Source: an uncultured Desulfosarcina sp.
GTDB lineage: Bacteria; Desulfobacterota; Desulfobacteria; Desulfobacterales; Desulfosarcinaceae
Assembly: GCA_963674945.2 (NCBI GenBank)
Contig: CAXXWQ010000002.1
Location: 32,001-96,000, forward strand
Reading direction: 5' to 3'
Length of the DNA stretch: 64,000 nt
Part shown: positions 20,924-30,965 of the stretch, in pieces
How the letters are laid out: each line of letters begins with the position of its first letter
Numbering within the stretch: position 1 is the first letter of the stretch
The notes under the pieces: generated by a model
Told to the model about the DNA's origin: nothing
The model's input: the letters and a program-made list of their open reading frames with translations, nothing else
Databases searched by the model: none
Program-made: the position numbers and the translations under genes

Positions 20924-21858
20924 TACAGGCGAATTCTCGGGTCCAGATAGAGAGAAACAAGGTCGACCACGAAATTGACCACCACGAAGATCGCGGCCGT
21001 GAAAAGGACCAGGCCCTGGATCAGTGGATAGTCCCGGTTGCCCACGGCGCTGACCATCAGATCTCCCAACCCGGGCCAGGCAAACACGGTTTCGGTCATT
21101 ACGGCGCCTTCCAGAATCATTCCAAACTCCAGCCCCACGACCGTAATCACGGGAATGAGGGCATTTTTCAAGATGTGCGGCGCCAGCGCCCGGCGCTTTC
21201 CGACTCCCCTGGCGCGCAGGGCCGTTAAAAATTCGGATTGCTTTGTTTCGATAATGGCACTGCGTAGCATTCGGGTGGTATAGGCGGTCAACGCCGTTCC
21301 CAGGGTCAGGGCGGGAAGGATCAGATGGTGCCAATCCCCGCGGCCGAAACTGGGAAGCCATTGAAGTCGTACGCTAAAAACAAGTATCAGTACCAGGCCG
21401 AACCAGTAATTGGGCATGGAAACCCCGGCCACGGAAACGGTCACTGCCGCACCGTCGATCCACGTGCCCTGCTTGATTCCGGACAGAATGCCGAGCGGCA
21501 GCGATATGGACAGCGCAACGATGATCGCCCACAGGGCCAACTCGAGGGTGCGGTGAAACCGCTTCTCGATCAGCGGCCACACCGGTGCCTCCTCCACCAG
21601 CGAATGACCGAAATCCAGGGCGATGATACGCCGCAACCACCGGCCATACTGGAACAAGAAAGGGCGGTCCAGCCCCTCTTTTTCTCGAATCCATTCGATG
21701 GTCTCCGGATCCGCGCGGACCTCCTCCCCATACCGTGCCACCGCGATTTCCAGCGGCACGTCGCCGGGGACCGCCTGCATCATGGAAAAGGTGAGCAGTG
21801 TGGCCCCGAACATGACGAGAATCGCGGTGAGAATGCGCTTTGCGAAAAAGTGGAGCAT
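20923..21858 (-). CDS. nickel/peptide ABC transporter permease (NikB/DppB-like)
   Basis: PGD, DFGHS, ARGV, ETVFAWPGLG, RDYPLIQG and LDPRIR motifs. Confidence 0.92.
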   Translation of the reverse strand: MLHFFAKRILTAILVMFGATLLTFSMMQAVPGDVPLEIAVARYGEEVRADPETIEWIREKEGLDRPFLFQYGRWLRRIIALDFGHSLVEEAPVWPLIEKRFHRTLELALWAIIVALSISLPLGILSGIKQGTWIDGAAVTVSVAGVSMPNYWFGLVLILVFSVRLQWLPSFGRGDWHHLILPALTLGTALTAYTTRMLRSAIIETKQSEFLTALRARGVGKRRALAPHILKNALIPVITVVGLEFGMILEGAVMTETVFAWPGLGDLMVSAVGNRDYPLIQGLVLFTAAIFVVVNFVVDLVSLYLDPRIRL

Positions 21859-21864
21859 GTCCGG

Positions 21865-22878
21865 CTATCCTCTCCTTTCAAACCGATGGCAACACACCAC
21901 ATGCCCGTCTCCCACAACCGTTTCCGGCGGCGAAATCTCGCGGCATGCATCCACGCTTACGGGACAGCGCGGATGAAACACGCATCCCGGCGGGGGCGTC
22001 TGAATGGATGGGATCTCCCCTTTCAGCACGATACGTTCGCCCTGCCAGAGACCGGGGGTGAATGTACTGGACAGCAGCGCCCTCGCATAGGGGTGGCAGG
22101 GATTGGCAAAGAAGGCATCGGCCGGTGCCTTTTCCACGATGTTTCCCAAATACATTACCGCCACGCGGGTACCGATGCGTTTGGCCAGGGCCAGATCGTG
22201 GGTGATGAGAAAATATGTCAGATCATACTCTCTTTTTATTCCTTCGAGAAGACCTGCCATCCGGCGTCGGGCCATGGCATCCAAGGCGGTCAGCGGTTCG
22301 TCCAGTATCAGCAGGGACGGCCGGGTGGATAAGGCACGCGCGATGCAGGCACGCTGATTTTGTCCGCCGGAGACCTCTGTTGGCCGCCGCTGCAACAGCT
22401 CGACGGAAAGACCGATCTGCCGGGCCAACGCCCGGACGATGGTCACACATTTCTTCTTTGTAAGGCCCCTTGCCCGAAGCGGTTCCGCAATGGATTGCAT
22501 CAGAGAAAAATAGGGATTCAAGGAGGCCGCCGGTTTCTGGAAGACCATCTGCGAGACGGCCGCAAGGCGGCGATGGACCGCATCGTTCGGCTTTTCAATG
22601 CTCCGGTCGTTGAAGACGATGTTTCCTTCGTGAAAGGGATGAAGGCCCAGGAGCGCCCACGCAAGGGTTGTTTTTCCGGAACCACTTTCGCCCAGGAGGC
22701 AGAGGGTCTCGCCCCGCGAAATGTCCAGATTGATGTTGCGGACGGCGTTAAAAGAACGTTTGCGAAAGAAAGGACCGGATCGATCCTTGAAACGGACGTG
22801 AAGGTCTTGGATCCGGATCATGGAAACGGGTGGGGGATCGCCGACGGCCCTTTCTTTGTGCAATGGTCTATCCTGCAT
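21865..22878 (-). CDS. peptide/nickel ABC transporter ATP-binding protein
   Basis: GESGSGKT, SGGQNQR, ILDEP, HPYARALL and GCVFHPRC; start placed at MQDRP. Confidence 0.9.
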   Translation of the reverse strand: MQDRPLHKERAVGDPPPVSMIRIQDLHVRFKDRSGPFFRKRSFNAVRNINLDISRGETLCLLGESGSGKTTLAWALLGLHPFHEGNIVFNDRSIEKPNDAVHRRLAAVSQMVFQKPAASLNPYFSLMQSIAEPLRARGLTKKKCVTIVRALARQIGLSVELLQRRPTEVSGGQNQRACIARALSTRPSLLILDEPLTALDAMARRRMAGLLEGIKREYDLTYFLITHDLALAKRIGTRVAVMYLGNIVEKAPADAFFANPCHPYARALLSSTFTPGLWQGERIVLKGEIPSIQTPPPGCVFHPRCPVSVDACREISPPETVVGDGHVVCCHRFERRG

Positions 22879-23665
22879 CGGAAACCAGCCTTCGGGTGTA
22901 CGGGTGGGTGGGACGTTGGAAGACGCTTTCAACGGTTCCCGTTTCCACGATTCGGCCTTCCTTCATGACAGCCATGCGATCGCATGTGTGGGCGGCGAGG
23001 TCAAGATCATGGGAGATCATGATGATGGCGATATTCTGTTTTTCTTTCAATCGGTGGACGGCATCGAGGACCTGGAGGCAGACGGTGGGATCGAGGGCAG
23101 AGGTGATTTCGTCCAGAATCATCACCTCAGGATGCATGGAAAACGTCATGGCCAACTGGCCCCGCTGGAGCATGCCACGGCTCCATTCATGGGGATATTG
23201 CCGACAACGCCTGCTGGCAGACGAGATGCCGACGGCTTCCAGAAGGCTTGCGATTCGTTCCCCGAACGTTTTTCGTTCCCCCCTTGTCGATCCGGTCCGG
23301 CAGCGCAGCACTTCTATAAATTGATACCCCATGGAGAAAACGGGGTCCATGGCATTTTCCGGGTTCTGGAGCGCCAGGGCGATCTTTCGTCCCCTTACGG
23401 CCAGCATCTCTTTTTGGGTCTTTGTCGTAATCTCCTGGCCGTCTAGAAAAATGCTCCCTTTCCGAATGACGGCCGGTGACTCCAGGCGCAACAGGCACCG
23501 GGCAAAAAGACTCTTTCCGCACCCCGATTCCCCCACGAGTCCCAGAATTTCTCCACGTTTCAGGGTTACATGGATATCCTTCAATATTTTTATCCACCCG
23601 GATTCTGCGGGGTAATCCACCGTCAACCCCTGGACCTGAAGTATGTGGCGGTCGGATGGGGCCAT
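22868..23665 (-). CDS. peptide/nickel ABC transporter ATP-binding protein
   Basis: GESGCGKS, YPHEWSRGMLQR (degenerate signature), ILDEITSALD and HPYT. Confidence 0.9.
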   Translation of the reverse strand: MAPSDRHILQVQGLTVDYPAESGWIKILKDIHVTLKRGEILGLVGESGCGKSLFARCLLRLESPAVIRKGSIFLDGQEITTKTQKEMLAVRGRKIALALQNPENAMDPVFSMGYQFIEVLRCRTGSTRGERKTFGERIASLLEAVGISSASRRCRQYPHEWSRGMLQRGQLAMTFSMHPEVMILDEITSALDPTVCLQVLDAVHRLKEKQNIAIIMISHDLDLAAHTCDRMAVMKEGRIVETGTVESVFQRPTHPYTRRLVSDAG

Positions 23666-23671
23666 GTCGTA

Positions 23672-25231
23672 TCAGAGAGAATCGAGCCGGGGGGTGACGA
23701 GATATCTTTCGGCCGGATGAATGCGATAGTTTTTCACGTGGCTGCGGATGGCGCTCACCATGGACTTATGAAAAAGAACGATCACCGGGCACTCATCGTA
23801 AATGATGCGCTGGATGCGATCGTAAATCCGTTTTCGGTCTTCCGGATCGAATGTGACCTTGCCGTCTCGGGCGAGTTCGTCCAGTTTTCGGTTTTGATAT
23901 CCCATGAAATTGGAAGCGGCATCGGTGGTGAATATGCTGGATATGAAAAAATCGGGGTCCCCCTGGGGGGCGGTATTCCACATCTGCAGGTTCAGATGCA
24001 CATCGCCGCGTTGCATGGCCCGGTTGATGGGGGAACCGGTTCGGGTGACCTTGAGTCGGGTGGCGATGCCCACCCTGGCCAATTGTGCCTGCACCAGTTC
24101 GAGCGTCGGTTTCAGGGCCGCCCGGGATTCGTAGGTCCACATGTCCAAAACGAGGGGGCTGCCTGCGATTTCCAGGATACCATCGCCGTCGGTATCCTCG
24201 GCGCCGGCCTGTTCCAAGAGTGCCGATGCCTTATTTGGATCATGGGGCCACAGGGGGAGATCGTCGTCGCTCCAGGGCAATGTTTCGGGAAAGATGGAAG
24301 CGCATGGCGCACCACCGATGCCGGCCAGAATCATCCGGACGATCTGTTGTCGGTCGATGGCATGGTTGATCGCCTTGCGGATGCGGATATCGGCAAGGGG
24401 CCCGTCCTGTACCCGGACGAAGAAGAAGCACAGCCTGTTGGTGGGCCGGTGAACGATGGTCACGTCCTCTCTGGCGGCGATTCGAACTGCATCATTTTCC
24501 GGAAAATAGGTGGCCACGTCCAGCTGGTTGGCTTCAAAAGCCAGCATGCGGGTGGCCGGGTTTTGGACGATTTTCAAGAAGATTTTCGCGAGCCTTGCCG
24601 GCTCTCCCCAGTACCGGTCGAACCGGGACACGATCATCTGTTCCTTGGGAACCACCATCTCCAGGTAGAAGGGGCCGGTGCCCACGACCTTTTTCCCTTT
24701 GCCATGGGGACTGAGGATGGCTGTATCCGGCGAGGTCAAATCGTAGAGAAAGGAAGCGTTGGGGGCCCGGGTTTCGATTCGAAGCCGCAGTCTGTCTTCG
24801 ACGACGATGGACCGGATGTCGAGCATCTGCTGGACCCGTTTGTTGAAGGCGGTATCCTTTTCATCGATCAGTCGCGACAGGGACCATTTTACCGCCCCTG
24901 CGTCCAGTGCGGCGCCGTCGTGAAACACGATGCCGTCTTTCAGCGTGATCTCCCATATCGTCGGATCGACACGGCGATAGTCGCCTGCCAGCTGCGGGAT
25001 CAATTTCATGTCGAAATCGAGGGAGAAGAGCGTCTCGGTCACGCCGGCCTCGCCGGTGTACCAGCCGTTGGACCCCTTGGCAGGGTCGGGATTCGCAACG
25101 GAGGGGCCGAAGGGCGTCGCGATGGTCATTTGATCGGCAGTGAAAGCAGGGACTGCCGAAACACACATCGTGATGGTCGTCAATAGGGTGAGGGCCAATG
25201 CGGTTCGTATCTTATTTCTCTCTAAACGCAA
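23672..25231 (-). CDS. ABC transporter substrate-binding protein, family 5 (NikA/CntA/DppA-like)
   Basis: ETLF, FHDG, GTGPF, YWG and IRKAINHAIDR; start uncertain, TTG at 25231 chosen to give a signal peptide. Confidence 0.85.
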   Translation of the reverse strand: MRLERNKIRTALALTLLTTITMCVSAVPAFTADQMTIATPFGPSVANPDPAKGSNGWYTGEAGVTETLFSLDFDMKLIPQLAGDYRRVDPTIWEITLKDGIVFHDGAALDAGAVKWSLSRLIDEKDTAFNKRVQQMLDIRSIVVEDRLRLRIETRAPNASFLYDLTSPDTAILSPHGKGKKVVGTGPFYLEMVVPKEQMIVSRFDRYWGEPARLAKIFLKIVQNPATRMLAFEANQLDVATYFPENDAVRIAAREDVTIVHRPTNRLCFFFVRVQDGPLADIRIRKAINHAIDRQQIVRMILAGIGGAPCASIFPETLPWSDDDLPLWPHDPNKASALLEQAGAEDTDGDGILEIAGSPLVLDMWTYESRAALKPTLELVQAQLARVGIATRLKVTRTGSPINRAMQRGDVHLNLQMWNTAPQGDPDFFISSIFTTDAASNFMGYQNRKLDELARDGKVTFDPEDRKRIYDRIQRIIYDECPVIVLFHKSMVSAIRSHVKNYRIHPAERYLVTPRLDSL

Positions 25232-25241
25232 ACTCAGGCTC

Positions 25242-25997
25242 TCATCGGGTGGCCGTGGCGACGAAAAAGTGAGGCAGGGGTTTGCCCGGCTTTTTGCCGC
25301 CATAGGGGTGAATGGCGAATCGGTCCGTATGGTGCGGCCCGACGCCTCTGAAGTTGGCTTTTTGCAGCAGTCCGATGGCATTTTCCAGGCTGACCCCTTC
25401 GTAGTAGGGAAGCACCTTTTGCAGTCCCGCGTATGTCCAGAAAAAGCGAAGCGCCGTGGATCGGCCGCTTCGAAGATAATCCGAGACCGTTCTCACAGCC
25501 AGGTGGGGAACCCGTTTCCAGGTGGTATTGGACCAGAGGCCATCCGACAGGATCAGGCGGCCCCCCGGTTTTAACACACGTCGCCATTGTGACAACGCCA
25601 GATCCGGGTGGGGAAGGGTCCAGAGCAGGTTGCGGGCGACCACTACATCGAAGCGGCTGTCTGCAAAGGGCAACGACTCGGCATCTCCGGTCTGAAAATC
25701 GATGTCCAGGTCGTTTTCCCGGGCGTATTGTCCGGCCTGGGCGATCATCTTCTCGGAGATGTCGATGGCGGTCACGGTGAATCCGGCACGGGCCAGGTAG
25801 ACGGCCAGTTGTCCGGTGCCCGTGCCGATGTCCAGCGCCTTTTTTCCGGCAATATCCGCCACCAGATCGTTCACCACCGCCTGCCATTGCCAGGCGATGG
25901 CCCCGGATTTGTCCCTGTCCCAGCCGAAGCTCGAACTGCGCCAGTTCCAATATTTGCGAATGGCGGATTTCTTTTTGTCCATTCCCGCGTCTTTCAT
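25242..25997 (-). CDS. class I SAM-dependent methyltransferase
   Basis: LDIGTGTG, DISEKMI, GDAESLPF, RNLLWTL and RVLKPGG motifs. Confidence 0.92.
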   Translation of the reverse strand: MKDAGMDKKKSAIRKYWNWRSSSFGWDRDKSGAIAWQWQAVVNDLVADIAGKKALDIGTGTGQLAVYLARAGFTVTAIDISEKMIAQAGQYARENDLDIDFQTGDAESLPFADSRFDVVVARNLLWTLPHPDLALSQWRRVLKPGGRLILSDGLWSNTTWKRVPHLAVRTVSDYLRSGRSTALRFFWTYAGLQKVLPYYEGVSLENAIGLLQKANFRGVGPHHTDRFAIHPYGGKKPGKPLPHFFVATATR

Positions 25998-26044
25998 AGG
26001 TACCCCCTGATTACTTATCTGTCCATGAAATTAAGTAAGGACAA

Positions 26045-26082
26045 TGCCCGGCCGGGCTCGATGAAACAGGCCCGGCCGGGCA
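26045..26082. other. intra-operon GC-rich stem-loop
   Basis: TGCCCGGCCGGGC-12 nt-GCCCGGCCGGGCA inverted repeat between the TonB receptor and methyltransferase genes. Confidence 0.6.
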
Positions 26083-26120
26083 GGGAAATGTTTTGTTTGC
26101 TTACACTCTGCAAAATCAGC

Positions 26121-28430
26121 CTACAGGGATAAGTTGATCGTGCCCAATATCGTCCGGCCGGGGGCCCTGTAATATTCATAGTATTCCTCATCAAATAGGT
26201 TGTCCACAGACAGGGTCAGGGCCAATTTTTTGCTGGGTTTGACCGTTATCTGGGCATCCACGACAAATGAATCCGTGTAGTCATTGAACGCGGAATCGGC
26301 ATAGGGGTCCCGCTTCTTGTCATAAACACTGTCGGAGTATCGTAAGTTTACGGAGGCATCCAAAAAATCGGTAAAATATCCCATCCAGAAATTGAATATA
26401 TCCGTGGGCACTTCATCCACCTCCCAGCCGTTTTTGCTATCGCCCTCGGTTTTGGTATACTCGGACCAGTGATGGGTATAGTGGATCCCGCCTTTCAGGT
26501 TATAGGGCCCGATGGCTTCGATGCCGGTTTCAATGCCGTCGACATCGGCGGATTCCGCGTTGGTCCGTTTTTTTATGGTAACTGTCTGGCCGTCAATGAC
26601 GTAATCTCTTGACGCATTTACGATGAGGTCCTCAAATTCGTTCTGGAAATAGGTGGCTTTGACGCGCAGCCTTCTGTCAAGCAACTCCCACTCCGTGCCG
26701 ACTTCCCAGGACGTGTTTGTAGTGGGGTCCAGGTCCGGGTTGCCCGTGGCATAGGTGGTTTCTCCTCCGATCTCATAACTATAGTCGGCGATCCGGTAAT
26801 AAAGCGAGGGGGCGGTAAATGATTTCCCGTAGGAAGCACGCAACACGCCGTTTTCCATCAGCCGATACACCACGGATGCCTTGGGGCTGAACTGGCCGTC
26901 ATCCACATCCTCATTGATTGACCGGTTACCGTCACTATCATAAAACTCCGTATCCGTGGCCCACCAGTGATCATACCGGCCCCCCAGATACAGGGTGGTT
27001 GATTGGATGGGCGAATATTCGGCCTGAATAAAGGTGCCCCAGGTCAGGCTTTCTCCCGAATTCTCCGATAGGATGGACGTTCTGCTTTCCGTGTCAGTGG
27101 CGCCGGCCAGGTTGTATGTGGTATCTGTGGCCTTCTCCTTCACTCCCTGGGTGCCCACGGTTAAAAGAATCCGGTCGTCCATCATGTGAAAGGTGGCCGT
27201 CAGGTCGGCCTGGAAAAGATCGTTGTCTTCGACCTGGGTCTTTGTGCTCGAATTCGAATGGCTCTCGGTTTCCTTGTCGTTGTATCCCACAAGCGCGTTG
27301 ACATCCACCTTGTCCGGGACAGCGTAGTCATAGTGAAGGGTATGGACATAGGACTCTTTCTTCTTGGTGGCGAGTACGAATTCGTTGTCGTCCAAGGTGT
27401 ACGCGTAGGTGTCGGAACCGTCCCGAAGATAAAAAGTTCCCGACGTAACAGGGTTGCCGCTAGCATCGGTCAAGCAGCTTTTTCCTCCCTGCCATCCATT
27501 TTCAAACTGGTTGATGTTAAAGCTGTACCAGATTTTGGAAGTATAGGAGAATTCATACCCTGTTTTAAAAAATGCGCCGTAATCCTCGTACCAGTTATCG
27601 CCATTGGTTCCGATTTTATACCGGGTCGTATTTTTTTGGGGATCCGTATCCGTGGCCACATTCGTCGCAACGGGGATGGATGGATCCGGTGCGCCGGTCA
27701 CCAGATCAAAATCGGACAGGGTTCGATAGTACGGGTTTGTCTCGTAACCGTCCGTGGTCCGGTATTTAAAACTCATGGAAACGAAGAACTTGTCGCCAAG
27801 GTTTTGTTCCGTCCAGGAAAGGTTCCCGGAATCGTCGGGTGCGGCAAAGGGGCGGTCGGCAACGCGTGCACTGTAATACTGGGTATTATCCTCCCCATAG
27901 GTGAAAGAGCCCTCGGCCTCCGTGTCATAGGGAATTTTGGTGATATAATTGATCACACCGGTCTGGGCAAGGGTGCCGTAAAGGGCGGAAAACGGCCCAC
28001 GGACCACCTCGATTTTTTCTACGTCCTTCATGGGGATGGCCCCGGTGTTGTAGTAATGACCGTAATCGTACCAGTTAAGGCCGTCGACCATGACAAGCGC
28101 CCTGTTTCCCCGGATCATCGGGCGGGACCAGTAATCGGCCAGCCCCCTGTACTGGCGGGGATAAATCCCTTCTGTCCGGAACAGCGGCTTGAAGGGATGT
28201 TCCGAATTAAAGGCGTCAATCTCGTCTTCGGAAATCACGGAAACCGATGCCGGTGAATCCAGGGGTGCCTTGGGAGTTTTGGTGGCGATGACCGTTATCG
28301 GTTCCAATGAAAAGACGTCGTCGGGCTGCTTATTCGCCTCCTGGGCGCCGTGCACCGATGTCACCAATACGAGTAACGTCAATAAACACATCGCGGGCCA
28401 ACGATACGATAGATTCGCCAATCTCTTCAT
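26121..28430 (-). CDS. TonB-dependent receptor
   Basis: Signal peptide, ITVIATK TonB-box-like segment, IEVVRGPFSALYG plug motif, GNPDL and NLFDEEY...APGRT C-terminus. Confidence 0.93.
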   Translation of the reverse strand: MKRLANLSYRWPAMCLLTLLVLVTSVHGAQEANKQPDDVFSLEPITVIATKTPKAPLDSPASVSVISEDEIDAFNSEHPFKPLFRTEGIYPRQYRGLADYWSRPMIRGNRALVMVDGLNWYDYGHYYNTGAIPMKDVEKIEVVRGPFSALYGTLAQTGVINYITKIPYDTEAEGSFTYGEDNTQYYSARVADRPFAAPDDSGNLSWTEQNLGDKFFVSMSFKYRTTDGYETNPYYRTLSDFDLVTGAPDPSIPVATNVATDTDPQKNTTRYKIGTNGDNWYEDYGAFFKTGYEFSYTSKIWYSFNINQFENGWQGGKSCLTDASGNPVTSGTFYLRDGSDTYAYTLDDNEFVLATKKKESYVHTLHYDYAVPDKVDVNALVGYNDKETESHSNSSTKTQVEDNDLFQADLTATFHMMDDRILLTVGTQGVKEKATDTTYNLAGATDTESRTSILSENSGESLTWGTFIQAEYSPIQSTTLYLGGRYDHWWATDTEFYDSDGNRSINEDVDDGQFSPKASVVYRLMENGVLRASYGKSFTAPSLYYRIADYSYEIGGETTYATGNPDLDPTTNTSWEVGTEWELLDRRLRVKATYFQNEFEDLIVNASRDYVIDGQTVTIKKRTNAESADVDGIETGIEAIGPYNLKGGIHYTHHWSEYTKTEGDSKNGWEVDEVPTDIFNFWMGYFTDFLDASVNLRYSDSVYDKKRDPYADSAFNDYTDSFVVDAQITVKPSKKLALTLSVDNLFDEEYYEYYRAPGRTILGTINLSL

Positions 28431-28510
28431 CTTTACTCCTTTGCGTTCCGCAACACTGAGCCGTTTGGAAATGAGGTTTGCAGCCGTTTCACGCAGTTGC
28501 CAGTGGAAAC

Positions 28511-28566
28511 AAAAAAAGCCACGAGGTCACGTTGCAGGTATAGCAACGATGAAACCTTCGTGGCTT
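28511..28566 (-). terminator. leader terminator/attenuator upstream of the TonB receptor
   Basis: Minus strand AAGCCACGAAGG...CCTCGTGGC-TTTTTTT with an internal CGTTGC/GCAACG stem, 80 nt before the start codon. Confidence 0.75.
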
Positions 28567-28691
28567 AGGCGTTTGCTAAATTCGACAAACCGCCTCCCCA
28601 AATGGAACGAGGCGATTTGAAATTTGTTTTTTTTAATTATATGGTTTGCCAAATGGCATGACAGGCGGCTTCGGCCGCCAAGTGTTGGGTA

Positions 28692-28720
28692 TCCATATTG
28701 AATCGCCCAATGGATGTCAA
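28692..28720 (-). promoter_or_regulatory. possible sigma70 promoter of the TonB operon
   Basis: TTGACA-17 nt-TATGGA (weak -10). Confidence 0.35.
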
Positions 28721-28811
28721 GGGATTTATCGGTTTTTCTGATGTACCGGGTACAACAGATCGGTTTGTCTGTATGATCGGATCAACGAGAAAAAAAAGCA
28801 GAGGAGGCTCT

Positions 28812-29291
28812 ATGGGCAGTCGATCATCACGTTTCCTTCATTTGCTGCCGATTCGATACCGGCGGGTCGCCATTGCCGGTATTATTGCCGTGGTCGCCGC
28901 CGGCTGCATGGCCAACTACGGCAGGCTCTCAATGGATGGGCAGGTTGGCAAGGATTTTCGAAAAGGGGTCATGCAAGCTGATTATGACTACTTTTATGCC
29001 GGTCGGGATACCATGCCCTATGCCATTGTCGGAATCGACGCCCGATTTGCCGTCTCTTCCCCATATTGGATTCCCCTCGGTTCAGATTCCGAAAAAATTG
29101 CAAAAATGAGCGGAAACATCTTCGGTGAAAACCATTGCAATCCCTATGGCGCACATATCCTGGCTTCTGACGGGACGGTGGTGGGGGTATGGTACTCGAA
29201 TCTACGCGATTACAGCATCATCGTGAATAAAAACGATCGCACCGTTGTGATCCTATTCGATAACCCGGAAAAAAACCGTATGATCCCATAA
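28812..29291 (+). CDS. hypothetical lipoprotein
   Basis: GAGGAGG RBS before the ATG at 28812; hydrophobic stretch ending AAGC. Confidence 0.7.
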   Translation: MGSRSSRFLHLLPIRYRRVAIAGIIAVVAAGCMANYGRLSMDGQVGKDFRKGVMQADYDYFYAGRDTMPYAIVGIDARFAVSSPYWIPLGSDSEKIAKMSGNIFGENHCNPYGAHILASDGTVVGVWYSNLRDYSIIVNKNDRTVVILFDNPEKNRMIP

Positions 29292-29798
29292 ATAATTGTA
29301 ATATTGAAGTGTTAGATGCTATTTGGTAGTAAATCATGCAATTTGACGAGAAAAGTAAGAATCGAGTCAACAAATGAAGATGACAAATAAACACAATGAT
29401 ATCAACTATAAATCTGCCTTCCTGATAACTTGGCGATTTCCTGCCGCTGAGCAAGAAAAAGGCGCAAGCCGGTAAAATGAGTAAAAAACCTTGACAGGAG
29501 TATTTCCCATTGATAAAAATCTTCTAAAATTATTGGGGTTTGGTCATAAATACGTATGTTTTTGCAATGAATTCATGTGTTTTATTATGACCGCCGCTCT
29601 TGGAAAACCAGCTTTTGTTTGCCGTTAACTCTTCGATCCGGGCCTTCCCACCTTCCCATAAAGGCCTGAAATCGATAAACTAACAACGGAAAGGAGGTTG
29701 TTCAGGAGCAACACGCAGTACCCGTGGTATCGCAGTACGATGACTAATTATTAGGTTGCAGTAAACAAGTAGTACTAACGTTAAGGAGGGATGTTCAG

Positions 29799-30899
29799 AT
29801 GAAAAAATTGTTTATTATTTTTGCCGTTCTTTGCCTTGCCGCACCGGCCATGGCAGCCGATTGGAATTTTTATGGAAACTTCCGTATGGCCACCTGGTAC
29901 ACGTCGGATGACTATGACGTGAGTGGCGGTACCTATGAAGATGATTCCGACCTTCAGTGGGAAAATGGTGGCAACAGCCGTATCGGCGCCACTGTTGCTG
30001 TCAATGATCAAATCGGCGGTGCTTTTGAAGTCGGTTTCGATGCGGATAATTTAACAGTTTACACAAGAAAAATTTACGGAACCTATAATTTTGGTGCCGG
30101 CGAACTGCTCATCGGCCAGACCTACACCCCCACCGCCCTGTTCTATTCCAACAGCGTATATGGCGGTGACGGCGACCTGCTCGGCCTTGGTGAATTCTAT
30201 GATGGCCGTTATCCCATGATCCAGTTGAAGATGAGCGGGTTCAAATTTGCGTTAATCACGCCGAGAACACGTACAGGAGCCAGAGACGCCAGCAACGGTG
30301 TCGGCGATCCGACCCTTGACTGGATGCTGCCCAAGATCGAAGCCAGTTACGCATTCAAGTCCGATATGTTCTTCGTCGATGTCATCGGTGGTTACCAGAC
30401 GTATACTTGGGACGGTGGCAACGGTGGAACCGACTATGATATCGACAGCTATATCGGCATCATCGGCGGTGGTGTTAACTTCGGCGCCCTGTTCGTGAAA
30501 GCCAGCGCTCACATGGGCCAGAACCTTGGTGATTTTGGATCATCCGGACCTTACGTTGTTACCGGATTCGGCGGATTTACCAAAGGTGCCGTTCTCGTTG
30601 GTAATGAAGTCAGAGACACCGACGCTCTGGGTTTCTTGGGTGTTATCGGTTTCAACGCTTCCGAGACGATCACCATCGAAGGTGGTATCGGCTACCAGAA
30701 CTACGAGCAGGATGTCAACAATACCGATGATGAAACTATGATGCAGTATTACGTCAACGCGACCATCAACGTTGCCCCGGGCTTCTTCATCGTTCCTGAA
30801 ATCGGCTACGTTACCATCGATCCCGACAACTACGGCGCTGCTACGGATCCCAATCCCAACAGAATTTACGCAGGCGCCAAATGGCAGATCAATTTCTAA
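29799..30899 (+). CDS. major outer-membrane porin-like protein
   Basis: Signal peptide (APAMA-ADW), beta-strand pattern, terminal WQINF, strongly biased codons, AAGGAGG RBS. Confidence 0.85.
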   Translation: MKKLFIIFAVLCLAAPAMAADWNFYGNFRMATWYTSDDYDVSGGTYEDDSDLQWENGGNSRIGATVAVNDQIGGAFEVGFDADNLTVYTRKIYGTYNFGAGELLIGQTYTPTALFYSNSVYGGDGDLLGLGEFYDGRYPMIQLKMSGFKFALITPRTRTGARDASNGVGDPTLDWMLPKIEASYAFKSDMFFVDVIGGYQTYTWDGGNGGTDYDIDSYIGIIGGGVNFGALFVKASAHMGQNLGDFGSSGPYVVTGFGGFTKGAVLVGNEVRDTDALGFLGVIGFNASETITIEGGIGYQNYEQDVNNTDDETMMQYYVNATINVAPGFFIVPEIGYVTIDPDNYGAATDPNPNRIYAGAKWQINF

Positions 30900-30930
30900 T
30901 GTAAAAACAAAAGCGATTTTCGCTTCGTTC

Positions 30931-30965
30931 AAAAAAAACCCGGGGCATTGCCCCGGGTTTTTTTT
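30931..30965. terminator. bidirectional intrinsic terminator
   Basis: A8-CCCGGGGCATTGCCCCGGG-T8. Confidence 0.9.

Noticed and set aside
20924..21361. N-terminal extensions in the ORF track (also 25232-25381, 42700-42906, 43485-43694, 36335-36508)
   Set aside because: They overlap neighbouring genes or are not family-like; downstream starts have an RBS or translational coupling.
28431..28720. Cobalamin riboswitch or leader peptide upstream of the TonB receptor
   Set aside because: No B12-box or GGGAA/GCCACTG core recognised on the coding strand; the upstream ATG ORFs are 8 and 19 codons with no RBS.
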